In this document: positions 1 through 39,020 of the stretch, piece after piece | Layout: every line of letters begins with the position of its first letter | Numbering within the stretch: position 1 is the stretch's first letter | Assembly (NCBI GenBank): GCA_044892525.1 | Contig: CM097885.1 | Location: 46,688,001 to 46,752,000 of the forward strand | Direction of reading: 5' to 3' | DNA from: Schmidtea polychroa | Lineage: Eukaryota | DNA: 64,000 nucleotides | Program-made: the position numbers and the translations under genes | The notes under the pieces: generated by a model | What the model saw: only the letters and a program-made list of their open reading frames with translations | What the model was told of the DNA's origin: nothing | The model's database searches: none

Positions 1-532
1 TCCCTATTAACTAGCTACTAGTTACTGACAACTAGATACCAAGTACATACAACCAACATCAACCAGGTACTAAGCATTATCAACCAAGTACTAACAACCA
101 AGTACAAGATACCTAGTACTGTCAACTAGATACCAAACACTTACAACCAGATGACCACATGAAATTATTGGTTAAATATGAAAATAAGGGTTATAATTAG
201 TTGTTTAGTAAATTATGGTGTAAAATTAAGTAATAAAGCATAAATAGGTAAATTAAGGATAAGTAAATTAAAGTTAAAAAATTAAATTAAAGTTAATTAA
301 GGTCCAAATTTTAAAAATAAGTAATCAATGTTCTAAAAAATTAAATTAAAGTTAAATAAGTAAATTAAAGTAATAATTTTTAAAGAATTTAATTAAAGTA
401 ATAATTTTTAAATAAGTAATGTAATAAGTAAATTAAAGTAAGATTTTTAAATTTATTATCAAAAGATTGAATAACCACCAACTTTTTTGAGAAATGTAAT
501 TTTTAATGAAAATTTAAATGGAAATTTTAATG

Positions 533-614
<82 letters not shown>

Positions 615-3600
615 AATAATTCAACCGTTACCAACAATCGGTTACTGATTATTTTTTAACTAGGTGCTAACAAATACTTACAACATGATACCACGTACTA
701 ACTAACTCTCAAACAACCAGATACTTACAACTAACTACTAAATATTCTTCACTGTATTTTATGAAATGCTTTTTAAATTAATTTTTTATCTATCTTCAAA
801 AATATATTTAATTACAATCATTAGAAAAACCTTTTCAAATTTAACAAAAATGTTGATTTTCATCAAAAAACCACAACTCATCACCACGTGAAATTCAAAA
901 TAATTTAAATTACAATGAAAGACTAATGAATTCTAATTTACAAAACATTCTTCTTTTAAATGATAACTATTGACTTATTATTGCAAAGTAAAAATCGCAT
1001 TCAATAAATACTTATTGTTGATCAGTTTTATTATATATACTCTGAGTTTATCCGACAGGATGTTTTGACCCCCTAAGGGTACAGGTCGTAAGGGTACTGG
1101 TCGTAAGGGTATTAGTCGTAAGGGTACTGGTCGTAAGGATATTGCTAACTCTCAACCCCCACCTACCCATTAACCACCTAACAAGTACCAACAACCAAGT
1201 CTCAAACAACTAAATACTAAACACTAACAACCAACAACAACCAGGTACTAAGCATTATTAACCTACAACTATATAACAACAATCAGTAAACAACACTGTA
1301 CCAACTACCAAATACAAGAAACCAACAACTTAGTACCAACAATCAACTAACAACACATAAAAATAATAACAATTAAATAAAAAAATTATTCTTCATCGCA
1401 TACACTATTTTCTTATCAAAATCTAAAAAGTCAACCAACTACTTACAACCAACAACTATGTACTAACAAATTGATCTTTAAAAGCAAATACTCATCACTT
1501 GAAAAAAATTAATTGAACTCAAGTCACTTTTAAGATATTTGAACTCAAGGCATCAATAACTTGGTAAAAATTGATTAAATTATTGTAAAAATTTAAATTA
1601 TTCAAAATATACTAAATTAAAAAAATATAATTAATAGACAAGAAAGAACTTTAAATTCTAGTCATTGATCATTCAAGTTAATATGAATCAACTAAGATAA
1701 TAAATTAATAAGAATTTTGAAATAAGATCTAGTAGATAATTGATTTAGATTGAATAAATTAATTTAAATAAAATTAAATTTAATTATTTTTGTAAAAGTA
1801 ATACATGTACTCAAATTGATTGACTGATTTCTCAATATATTCAAAAAATCAGTATAAATTCATTACAATTATCAAAGTCAGCAATCTACAATAAAAATAA
1901 TTATCATTAAATTCCAAAAGAGACTAGATAACTAATGATAACATCTAACAAACCAGTAAATTCATTTAAATGACAATAATTGGTATATCCTAGTGAATTC
2001 TCCAATAAAATCATCTAAAAAGCATCATTTCCCCCCTAAATATATCAATATTTAAAGATTGGTATTTTAATGATAAATACTTGTTAAAGATCATATATTC
2101 TCCTCAAACTAATAAGATTCCTTAAAATCCCCTTAAATGACTATATTTCTATCCTTAATTCATATTATTACAAATATCATCTAAAAAGCGTCAAATTTCA
2201 TTGAAATAACACTATCTTTAAAGATTGATATTTTAATGATAAGTACCCTTAAAAGACTATATATTCACCTCAAACTAACAAGATTCCTTAAAATCTCTTA
2301 AATGACTATATTTCAACCCTTAATTCATATTATTACAAATAATTCATTAAAATCATCTAAAAAGCATCAAATTTCCCTGAAATAACTATATCTTTAAAGA
2401 TTAGTATTTTATCGATAAATATCCTTAAAAGGTTATATATTTACCTCTGACTAATAAGATTGCTTAAAATCCCTTTAAATGACTATAATTCTAACTTTAA
2501 TTCCTATTATCACGAATATTTCCTTATAAAACATGTAAAATCATTAACCCTAAAGAATTTATAAAATCTAATGACAAAACCGGTTATAATAAAATTTTTG
2601 TTAATCACTGTAAATTTTTGTAAATCACTGTACTCGAAATTTAAAATAAATATAACTGACTAGGTCCCATTGAAAGATTAAATTTATCCATTCAATAAAA
2701 TATATTTCTTCAAATGATCATTTTACCGATATTCAACCGATTTAATTACTAATTAAAATCAAGATTTCTTCCAATAAAGATCAATTTTATTTAGTTGTCG
2801 ATGTTTTAAATCAATATTTCTCAACTTTTGTCGTTGTCCGTCTAAATAAAGATAAAAATAATTTAAAGTTGATATCAATCCCATTTATCTGTAAAGTTTT
2901 CATCGTCAAAACCAAGTAAATCGATCATTATCCTTACTTAATAGAACATTGTTCTAAAACATAAATCTAAATTAATATACAATGAATTAATCACAACCTA
3001 ATAAAACGATATAATTATTATTGATACATAACTGACTAATTGACATTTCCCTTAAAACAATGATATTTTACCAACATCACCATTAAAAAAATCATATATT
3101 CCCATCTTAACCCATGTCTCATTAAATTTAACCGACTATATTCCCATCTTAACCCATCCTTCATTAAATTCAATCGACCATATCTTCCTTACAATGATAT
3201 ATTCCCACCTTATCTGATCTCTCATTAAATCTAACCGACTATATCCCATCAAAAGATCATATATTCCCATCTTAAATTTAACCAACAATATCCCATCTTA
3301 ACCGATCTCTCACCAAATATTTCTACCCCTTTAAACATCTAACCGAATATATCCTTCAATTCTACCCACTTGAATCCTCCTTTAATTCAATTCAGTCTTA
3401 AAATCTTTAAAGAACTTCAAAAATATGACTTAATTGTTATAGACACCAAATATTCTTCCATTGAAATAATTTAGTAGCTATGTAGTAAGAGTTCACTAAA
3501 AGATCAAAAATCAATATTTTCTACAAATATTTACCATCAAATACTGGAGATGATATATATTGATTGATCATAATTCTTCATCGATTCAGCCAATCATTTT

Positions 3601-6600
3601 CAAGCAATAACAGCAAACTAAATTTCTTTATATCCTACAATAATTATCACGTAAATTTAAAGTCCCTGATAAAGTTAACTGGTTTCTTAGCTTATGTTTT
3701 TAAAGATCATCAATGTGTAAATATTCTTAGAAAATTATTGAAAAATTATTTATTCAAATATATTACAAAGTTATCATCAAAAATTTATTCTATCACTTAA
3801 TTATTAACCTAATTGTCAATGAAATTAATTTTTATTTAAAAACTATTCAATAAAATACAACTAATTATCAAGAAATTAATTAAATTTATCAATTAAATTT
3901 ATCACCATTAAAACTTTTAATCAGTCAACATGAAATTCTTAGAAAATTATTCAATATCCTCATCAAAATTTATCCTACCACTTGATTATTGTACAAACTT
4001 TAATTATTAACCTCATTAAAAATAAATTTTTATTTAAAATTAAAAAACAAGTCAATAAAAATACATTCAATTATCAAGAAATTAATTAAATTTACCTTAG
4101 AATTAGCATTAAATTACAGATATTCACAAAAATTACGGAAATTCATGAAAATAATGGAAATCCACAAAAATGATAGAAATTCATAAAAACGATAAAAATT
4201 CATAAAAATTATAGAAATTTACTTGAATAAAACCATCAACTCTAAAAATTATCAATGCCTTAAACATCAAATTTGCCTAAATTCAAATAAAAACATTAAA
4301 TACCTTTACGACTAATACCCTTGCGACATGTTGAATGTGAGTAGTACCCTTGTGAGCAATACCCATAGGGGGACAGAATATTTTGTCGGATAAACTCAGA
4401 GTATATATTAATTAACTCATTTTTCATTGAATCAGTCAAATTATCATAAATTTTGATAAAAATTCTAAAGTGGTAAGCAATGTAAAGAGAAATATTCTTT
4501 AAACTTTGATAAAATTAGCAATGAAGGTGGTAAGAATCTTCATTAAAGTGAGGAAATTATTCATTACTCGATGATAAATTCAAATGGGTGAAAATAATTG
4601 GTAGAATAATTCATTAATGGATCATGGGAGGTAAATACTAGGAAGTGGTATAGATAACATGAAGGTTGATAAGAATGAAAGTATAGCAACTATTTTATAA
4701 AAATTATCACTTTAATAAAAAAAAATCTTAAAAGAAATATTTGTGGGGAATAATTAATGGAAAATCAGGGGAATATAGGTGAATAATTAATGGAAAATTG
4801 GGGGTATATAAGTGATTAATTAATGGATTAATTAGTGGAAAATAGAGAATCGAGGGAATATAAGTGAGAAGGATATTAATTTAAACTAGTTTATTACATA
4901 ACAAGCCGCGACTATTTTATTGCATAACAAGCTGTGAATGGTATTTGAATAAGAAATATGGAATAGGTCTTTTTTTTTTTTAAATTTTTGACTAAAATAA
5001 ATTCCAAAATAATAACTAATTAATACTAAAATGTTTTAATTTACATTATGTATTTCAAAAACAATTATCATAAAAGAAAATAATATATAAAATAGTATAT
5101 TACCCTTTTCATTCAAAATAAGTTGAATATTCAAATATAAGTCTTAGAAAATACAATCAAAATTTTATAAGTTTTTTAAGTTCTCAAATATTGTAAATAA
5201 TAAATTAATCTATTACCAGTTACATACTTTTAAACTTATTGATTGAACAAGACAATAGAAGTAAAAAGTTTTTTGTTGAATAAGTACTTGTAATAATAGC
5301 TATATATTATTAAATTTACTGATCTACACTAAATATTTTGAAAACAAATATCATAATATTAATTATATTACTCCTTTCAATCAAAGTAAATTAAATGTAT
5401 CATTCAAATACAATTAAAATTAAATCATCAATTTAATACTTTAATTTAAAAATATAAGTTTTATAAGAAAATGTGAATAAGAAATTGATTTATTAAGATT
5501 TATAGACTTTTTTAACTTAATGATGGAATTAGGTAATAGAAAGTAATTTTTTTTTAAAAAGTCCTTTAATATTGTATTCTATTTTTTATTAAATTTACTA
5601 TTTTACACTAAAATATTTCAATTTAGAAAACAATCATCATAATATTAAATATTCAATCAAAATAAGCTAATACTCAAATATATGTCTTATAAAATACAAT
5701 CAAAATTAAATACATCACAAATTTTAAGTTTTTTAAATTCTCAAATAAATGTTAACAAGATATTAAGTTCTTAATCATTATATACTTTTTAAACTTATTA
5801 TTGGAAAAAAAAGTAGAATGATATTGAAAATATATACAATTTAAAAATACAATAAAAATTAAATTATATACTAGATAAAATGTTGGTAAAATTATGGTAA
5901 AATACCATTCACAGCTTGTTATGCAATAAAATAGTCGCGGCTTTTTATGTAATAAACTAGTTTAAATTAATATCCTTCTCACTTATATTCCCTCGATTCT
6001 CTATTTTCCACTAATTAATCCATTAATTAATCACTTATATACCCCCAATTTTCCATTAATTATTCACCTATATTCCCCTGATTTTCCATTAATTATTCCC
6101 CACAAATATTTCTTTTAAGATTTTTTTTTATTAAAGTGATAATTTTTATAAAATAGTTGCTATACTTTCATTCTTATCAACCTTCATGTTATCTATACCA
6201 CTTCCTAGTATTTACCTCCCATGATCCATTAATGAATTATTCTACCAATTATTTTCACCCATTTGAATTTATCATCGAGTGATGAATAATTTCCTCACTT
6301 TAATGAAGATTCTTACCACCTTCATTGCTAATTTTATCAAAGTTTAAAGAATATTTCTCTTTACATTGCTTACCACTTTAGAATTTTTATCAAAATTTAT
6401 GATAATTTGACTGATTCAATGAAAAATGAGTTAATTAATATATACTCTGAGTTTATCCGACAAAATATTCTGTCCCCCTATGGGTATTGCTCACAAGGGT
6501 ACTACTCACATTCAACATGTCGCAAGGGTATTAGTCGTAAAGGTATTTAATGTTTTTATTTGAATTTAGGCAAATTTGATGTTTAAGGCATTGATAATTT

Positions 6601-9600
6601 TTAGAGTTGATGGTTTTATTCAAGTAAATTTCTATAATTTTTATGAATTTTTATCGTTTTTATGAATTTCTATCATTTTTGTGGATTTCCATTATTTTCA
6701 TGAATTTCCGTAATTTTTGTGAATATCTGTAATTTAATGCTAATTCTAAGGTAAATTTAATTAATTTCTTGATAATTGAATGTATTTTTATTGACTTGTT
6801 TTTTAATTTTAAATAAAAATTTATTTTTAATGAGGTTAATAATTAAAGTTTGTACAATAATCAAGTGGTAGGATAAATTTTGATGAGGATATTGAATAAT
6901 TTTCTAAGAATTTCATGTTGACTGATTAAAAGTTTTAATGGTGATAAATTTAATTGATAAATTTAATTAATTTCTTGATAATTAGTTGTATTTTATTGAA
7001 TAGTTTTTAAATAAAAATTAATTTCATTGACAATTAGGTTAATAATTAAGTGATAGAATAAATTTTTGATGATAACTTTGTAATATATTTGAATAAATAA
7101 TTTTTCAATAATTTTCTAAGAATATTTACACATTGATGATCTTTAAAAACATAAGCTAAGAAACCAGTTAACTTTATCAGGGACTTTAAATTTACGTGAT
7201 AATTATTGTAGGATATAAAGAAATTTAGTTTGCTGTTATTGCTTGAAAATGATTGGCTGAATCGATGAAGAATTATGATCAATCAATATATATCATCTCC
7301 AGTATTTGATGGTAAATATTTGTAGAAAATATTGATTTTTGATCTTTTAGTGAACTCTTACTACATAGCTACTAAATTATTTCAATGGAAGAATATTTGG
7401 TGTCTATAACAATTAAGTCATATTTTTGAAGTTCTTTAAAGATTTTAAGACTGAATTGAATTAAAGGAGGATTCAAGTGGGTAGAATTGAAGGATAGATG
7501 TTCGGTTAGATGTTTAAAGGGGTAGAAATATTTGGTGAGAGATCGGTTAAGATGGGATATTGTTGGTTAAATTTAAGATGGGAATATATGATCTTTTGAT
7601 GGGATATAGTCGGTTAGATTTAATGAGAGATCAGATAAGGTGGGAATATATCATTGTAAGGAAGATATGGTCGATTGAATTTAATGAAGGATGGGTTAAG
7701 ATGGGAATATAGTCGGTTAAATTTAATGAGACATGGGTTAAGATGGGAATATATGATTTTTTTAATGGTGATGTTGGTAAAATATCATTGTTTTAAGGGA
7801 AATGTCAATTAGTCAGTTATGTATCAATAATAATTATATCGTTTTATTAGGTTGTGATTAATTCATTGTATATTAATTTAGATTTATGTTTTAGAACAAT
7901 GTTCTATTAAGTAAGGATAATGATCGATTTACTTGGTTTTGACGATGAAAACTTTACAGATAAATGGGATTGATATCAACTTTAAATTATTTTTATCTTT
8001 ATTTAGACGGACAACGACAAAAGTTGAGAAATATTGATTTAAAACATCGACAACTAAATAAAATTGATCTTTATTGGAAGAAATCTTGATTTTAATTAGT
8101 AATTAAATCGGTTGAATATCGGTAAAATGATCATTTGAAGAAATATATTTTATTGAATGGATAAATTTAATCTTTCAATGGGACCTAGTCAGTTATATTT
8201 ATTTTAAATTTCGAGTACAGTGATTTACAAAAATTTACAGTGATTAACAAAAATTTTATTATAACCGGTTTTGTCATTAGATTTTATAAATTCTTTAGGG
8301 TTAATGATTTTACATGTTTTATAAGGAAATATTCGTGATAATAGGAATTAAAGTTAGAATTATAGTCATTTAAAGGGATTTTAAGCAATCTTATTAGTCA
8401 GAGGTAAATATATAACCTTTTAAGGATATTTATCGATAAAATACTAATCTTTAAAGATATAGTTATTTCAGGGAAATTTGATGCTTTTTAGATGATTTTA
8501 ATGAATTATTTGTAATAATATGAATTAAGGGTTGAAATATAGTCATTTAAGAGATTTTAAGGAATCTTGTTAGTTTGAGGTGAATATATAGTCTTTTAAG
8601 GGTACTTATCATTAAAATATCAATCTTTAAAGATAGTGTTATTTCAATGAAATTTGACGCTTTTTAGATGATATTTGTAATAATATGAATTAAGGATAGA
8701 AATATAGTCATTTAAGGGGATTTTAAGGAATCTTATTAGTTTGAGGAGAATGTATGATCTTTAACAAGTATTTATCATTAAAATACCAATCTTTAAATAT
8801 TGATATATTTAGGGGGGGGGAATGATGCTTTTTAGATGATTTTATTGGAGAATTCACTAGGATATACCAATTATTGTCATTTAAATGAATTTACTGGTTT
8901 GTTAGATGTTATCATTAGTTATCTAGTCTCTTTTGGAATTTAATGATAATTATTTTTATTGTAGATTGCTGACTTTGATAATTGTAATGAATTTATACTG
9001 ATTTTTTGAATATATTGAGAAATCAGTCAATCAATTTGAGTACATGTATTACTTTTACAAAAATAATTAAATTTTATTTTATTTAAATTAATTTATTCAA
9101 TCTAAATCAATTATCTACTAGATCTTATTTCAAAATTCTTATTAATTTATTATCTTAGTTGATTCATATTAACTTGAATGATCAATGACTAGAATTTAAA
9201 GTTCTTTCTTGTCTATTAATTATATTTTTTTAATTTAGTATATTTTGAATAATTTAAATTTTTACAATAATTTAATCAATTTTTACCAAGTTATTGATGC
9301 CTTGAGTTCAAATATCTTAAAAGTGACTTGAGTTCAATTAATTTTTCATCTAATTTTTTTCAAGTGATGAGTATTTGCTTTTAAAGATCAATTTGTTAGT
9401 ACATAGTTGTTGGTTGTAAGTAGTTGGTTGACTTTTTAGATTTTGATAAGAAAATAGTGTATGCGATGAAGAATAATTTTTTTATTTAATTGTTATTATT
9501 TTTATGTGTTGTTAGTTGATTGTTGGTACTAAGTTGTTGGTTTCTTGTATTTGGTAGTTGGTACAGTGTTGTTTACTGATTGTTGTTATATAGTTGTAGG

Positions 9601-10251
9601 TTAATAATGCTTAGTACCTGGTTGTTGTTGGTTGTTAGTGTTTAGTATTTAGTTGTTTGAGACTTGGTTGTTGGTACTTGTTAGGTGGTTAATGGGTAGG
9701 TGGGGGTTGAGAGTTAGCAATATCCTTACGACCAGTACCCTTACGACTAATACCCTTACGACCAGTACCCTTACGACCTGTACCCTTAGGGGGTCAAAAC
9801 ATCCTGTCGGATAAACTCAGAGTATATATAATAAAACTGATCAACAATAAGTATTTATTGAATGCGATTTTTACTTTGCAATAATAAGTCAATAGTTATC
9901 ATTTAAAAGAAGAATGTTTTGTAAATTAGAATTCATTAGTCTTTCATTGTAATTTAAATTATTTTGAATTTCACGTGGTGATGAGTTGTGGTTTTTTGAT
10001 GAAAATCAACATTTTTGTTAAATTTGAAAAGGTTTTTCTAATGATTGTAATTAAATATATTTTTGAAGATAGATAAAAAATTAATTTAAAAAGCATTTCA
10101 TAAAATACAGTGAAGAATATTTAGTAGTTAGTTGTAAGTATCTGGTTGTTTGAGAGTTAGTTAGTACGTGGTATCATGTTGTAAGTATTTGTTAGCACCT
10201 AGTTAAAAAATAATCAGTAACCGATTGTTGGTAACGGTTGAATTATTAGTA

Positions 10252-10305
<54 letters not shown>

Positions 10306-10837
10306 CATTAAAATTTCCATTTAAATTTTCATTAAAAATTACATTTCTCAAAAAAGTTGGTGGTTATTCAATCTTTTGATAATAAATTTAAAAATCTTAC
10401 TTTAATTTACTTATTACATTACTTATTTAAAAATTATTACTTTAATTAAATTCTTTAAAAATTATTACTTTAATTTACTTATTTAACTTTAATTTAATTT
10501 TTTAGAACATTGATTACTTATTTTTAAAATTTGGACCTTAATTAACTTTAATTTAATTTTTTAACTTTAATTTACTTATCCTTAATTTACCTATTTATGC
10601 TTTATTACTTAATTTTACACCATAATTTACTAAACAACTAATTATAACCCTTATTTTCATATTTAACCAATAATTTCATGTGGTCATCTGGTTGTAAGTG
10701 TTTGGTATCTAGTTGACAGTACTAGGTATCTTGTACTTGGTTGTTAGTACTTGGTTGATAATGCTTAGTACCTGGTTGATGTTGGTTGTATGTACTTGGT
10801 ATCTAGTTGTCAGTAACTAGTAGCTAGTTAATAGGGA
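1..10837. repeat. Giant inverted repeat (foldback): left arm 1-4946, spacer 4947-5899, right arm 5900-10837; left arm runs off the window start
   Basis: Position 1 (tccctattaactagc) is the reverse complement of the sequence ending at 10837. Inner ends are gtgaatggtattt (to 4946) and aaataccattcac (from 5900). Mirror ORFs 3564-3800(+) and 7046-7282(-) are identical. Arms differ by a few SNPs and indels. Confidence 0.97.
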
Positions 10838-11600
10838 GGTGGTTGTAGGTACTTGGTATCTAGTTGTTAGTATCTAGTTGTAGGTACTTGGTTGATAATG
10901 CTTAGTACCTGGTATCTAGTTGTTAGCTGGTTGTTAGTACTTAGTTGTTGGTTGTAAGTAGTAGGTATCTGGTAGTTAGTTGTTAGCTGGTTGTTGGTTG
11001 TTAGTACTTGGTAGCTAGTTGTTAGCTGGTTGTAGCTAGTTAATGGGTAGGTGGTTGTAGGTACTTGGTAACTGTTTGTTAGTATCTAGTTGTAAGTACC
11101 TGGTTGATGTTGGTTGTATGTACTTGTTAGGTGGTTTTAGGTACTTGGTTGATAATGCTTAGTACCTGGTTGTTGTTAGTTGTTAGTACTTGGTAGGTCG
11201 TAGCTAGTTGTAAGTACTTGGTAGCTAGTTAATAGGTAGGTGGTTGTAGGTACTTGGTATCTAGTTGTTAGCTAGTTGTTTTTGGTTGTTAGTACTTGGT
11301 ACCTAGTTGGTTGCTTGTTTTTGGTTGTTAGTAACTAGTTGTAAGTACTAGGTATCAGGTAACTGGTTGTTAGTATTTAGTTGTAAGTACTTGGTATCAG
11401 GTAACTAGTTGGTTGTAGGTACTTAGTAGTTGGTAACTGGTACCTGGTTGGTTGCTTGTTTTTGGTTGTTAGTACTTGTTAGGTGGTTGTATTTACTTAG
11501 TATCATGTAACTAGTTGTTAGTAACTAGTTGTAGGTATCTGGTTGTTAATACATGTTCGTAAGTTACTGGTTGTTGGTACTAAGTTGTTGGTTTGTTGTT
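10838..11600. repeat. Degenerate GT-rich short-unit tandem array (ggttgttagtacttggtatctagtt-like)
   Basis: Directly visible; continues the same repeat seen at the outer end of the right arm. Confidence 0.85.
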
Positions 11601-11609
11601 GAATTATTA

Positions 11610-12665
11610 TTAAAATTTGTCTTTGAAAAATATTTCATAAAAATTTTCATTAAAAATTATCTTAAAAATTTCCATCTAAAATTATCATTGAAAAATATTT
11701 CATAAAAATTTCCATTAAAAATTACTTAAAAAATTATTCCATAAAAATTTCCATTAAAAATTACCATTGAAAAATATTTCATTAAAATTTCTATTAAAAA
11801 TTACTTAAAAATTATTTCATAAAAATTTTCATTAAAAAATTTCAATTCTCAAACACCTTCTATTATTTTGTAATTAAATTTTAAAATCTTACTTTAATTT
11901 ACTTATTTAAAAATTATTACTTTAATTTACTTATTTAAAATTTTTTACCATTGATTACTTAATTTAAAAATTTGGACCATTATTTACTGTAATTTAATTT
12001 TTAAGAACTTAAATTTACTTTAATTCAAAAATTTGGACCATTATTTACTTTAATTGAAAAATCTGGACCATAATTTACTTTAATTTAATATTTTAGAACC
12101 ATTATTTACTTTAATTTAATTTTTAGAACCATTATTTACTGTAATTTAATTTTTTAGGACCATTATTACCTTATTTGAAAATTTGAGCCATAATTTACTT
12201 TAATTTAATTTTTTAGGACCATAATTTACTGTAATTTAAAAATTTGAGCCATAATTTACTATAATTTAATTTTTAGAACCATAATTTACTTTAATTTTAA
12301 AATTTGGACCATAATTTACTTTAATTGAAAAATCTGGACCATTATTTACTTTAATTTAATATTTTAGAACCATAATTTAATTTAATTTAAATTTTTGGAC
12401 CATTATTTACTGTAATTTAATTTTTTAGACCCATAATTTACTGTAATTGAAAAATTTGGACCATAATTTACTGTAATTCAATTTTTAGACCCATAATTTA
12501 CTTTAATTTAAAAATTTGGACCATAATTTACTGTAATTTAATTTTTAGAACCATAATTTACTATAATTTAATTTTTAGAACCATAATTTACTTTAATTTT
12601 TAAATTTGGACCATTATTTACTTTAATTTCAATTTTTAGAACCATAATTTACTTTAATTGAAAAA
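11610..12665. repeat. AT-rich tandem arrays, including ~30-bp ggaccataatttactttaatttaaaaattt units
   Basis: Repeated (gg/ga)accataatttact(t/g)taatt units. Confidence 0.85.
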
Positions 12666-12679
12666 TTTACCACGTTTTT

Positions 12680-13750
12680 AGTGTAGACCACCTCTTTCTC
12701 AGGACCAAGGAGACTCACCTCACTATAGTGTGAAAAATCCTTGGCTTTTTTAGTGTAGACCAGCTTTTTGTATTGAAAATATCCTGAGACCTTAAATTAC
12801 CATGCTTTTTTTATTGAAAATCCCAGGACCATCGTTTTTGTATTGAAAATTTTTTTTTTGTATTGAAAATCCCAGGACCATCGAGACCCCCTAACTATAG
12901 TCTGAAAATTCTATGCTTTTTTATTGATAGTCGATTTTTGTATTGAAAAAAATTTTTTGTATTGAAAATCCCAGGACCATCGTTTTTGTATTGAAAATTT
13001 TTTTTTTGTATTGAAAATCCCAGGACCATCGAGACCCCCTCACTATAGTCTGAAAATTCTATGCTTTTTTATTGATAGTCGGATTTTTTTATTGAAAAAA
13101 ATTTTTTGTATTGAAAATCCCAGGACCATCGAGACCCCCTAACTATAGTCTGAAAATTCTATGCTTTTTTATTGATAGTCGATTTTTGTATTGAAAAAAA
13201 TTTTTTGTATTGAAAATCCCAGGACCATCGTTTTTGTATTGAAAATTTTTTTTTTGTATTGAAAATCCCAGGACCATCGAGACCCCCTCACTATAGTCTG
13301 AAAATTCTATGCTTTTTTATTGATAGTCGGATTTTTTTATTGAAAAAAATTTTTTGTATTGAAAATCCCAGGACCATCGAGACCCCCTAACTATAGTCTG
13401 AAAATTCTATGCTTTTTTATTGATAGTCGATTTTTGTATTGAAAAAAATTTTTTGTATTGAAAATCCCAGGACCATCGTTTTTGTATTGAAAATTTTTTT
13501 TTTGTATTGAAAATCCCAGGACCATCGAGACCCCCTCACTATAGTCTGAAAATTCTATGCTTTTTTATTGATAGTCGGATTTTTGTATTGAAAAAAATTT
13601 TTTGTATTGAAAATCCCAGGACCATCGAGACCTCCTCACTATAGTCTGAAAACTCTATGCGTTTTTAGTGTAGACCAGCTTTTTGTATTGAAAAATTTTT
13701 TTTGTATTGAAAATCCCAGGACCATCGAGACCCCTCACTATAGTGTGATA
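12680..13750. repeat. Higher-order tandem repeat (~100-bp and ~50-bp subunits, ~250-bp period)
   Basis: Recurring tgtattgaaaatcccaggaccatcg followed alternately by agacccc..ctatagtctgaaaattctatgc or by tttttgtattgaaaa. Confidence 0.9.
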
Positions 13751-13875
13751 AAAAAAAATTTGGACCAAAAATCCCTGAAAGCAAAAAAATGAGTTGGGAA
13801 CAATTGCGTAATAAAAAGTTGGGAACAACCCCTCCCGGGGGGGTAATTGTTCCCGCGGGCTACTATCTACCTACT

Positions 13876-14268
13876 GTCTTCCTAAAGAAAACTTTCCATA
13901 TTTACTACAAAATGCAGCGCTTTGTGGAAGTTTATTCGGAAGTACGTATATTTGTGAGCAAACATTTTTCAATAATGAAGTTGAATAAATCAATTCAAAG
14001 AAACCGACTTACAAATGAAAATTTAAATGCCATGGTAAAAGTAGCTACTACAAATATTACCACAGATATGAAAAAGTTGGCATCTAATATGCAACTACAA
14101 AATTATTTTGAGATATTATGAATTATTTTGAATGTTAATTTTCTTTTTTTTATAAAAAAGTATATATTAATAACTGGTTCTAGAGTTTTAGTTTTTGTAA
14201 TTGTCCTGTCGCCCACATTCAATTATTAATTTGCTAATGCGGCCCACAGCGTTGAAAAGGTTGGCTGA
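13876..14268 (+). mobile_element. hAT (Charlie/SPIN-like) 3' remnant, truncated by the foldback element
   Basis: Frameshifted CLPKENFP...SLFGSTYICEQTFSIMKLNKSIQRNRLTNENL, typical of the hAT C-terminal dimerisation region; subterminal gcggcccac..aaaaggttgg. Confidence 0.75.
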
Positions 14269-14429
14269 AATAAATGAACAGATTCTATTAGTTCTTTCGA
14301 CATTGTTTCTTTTTTCTATATATAAAAGAACGCAAATATTTTAACGACATTAAATTCTTTTAATAATATTTATTTTTAAATTTTAAATATAAAAGATATT
14401 TCGAAATATTTAATTCATAATTTGTACAG

Positions 14430-38756
<24,327 letters not shown>

Positions 38757-39020
38757 AATATATAAAAATAAATTAAAATTTTATCTTTTTATTATTTTTT
38801 TTTATATTTTGTTATTTTCTGTTATCAAGTAATTCGTTATTTCTTTGATAAATCAGTCATTTTAAACATTTGAATTTTTATTTTCTCTATCACGATTAAT
38901 GGAATAAACAATTTTAATTTAATTTTTTACGTATTTAAATTTACAATCTCTAAGGAACTTCCATCAATTTGAATTATTAAATTCGTTTTTGTCTTTCCGT
39001 TTTCACGATATCCTCTAAAA

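Noticed and set aside
3564..3800. 78-aa ORF duplicated at 7046-7282
   Set aside because: Non-ATG start, AT-rich low-information peptide; duplicated only because of the inverted repeat.
10838..11600. Telomere-like GT-rich array
   Set aside because: No regular TTAGGG/TTAGG units; internal position as part of the foldback arm.
12680..13750. CRISPR-like repeat/spacer look
   Set aside because: Intervening sequences are themselves repeated; eukaryotic context; no cas genes.
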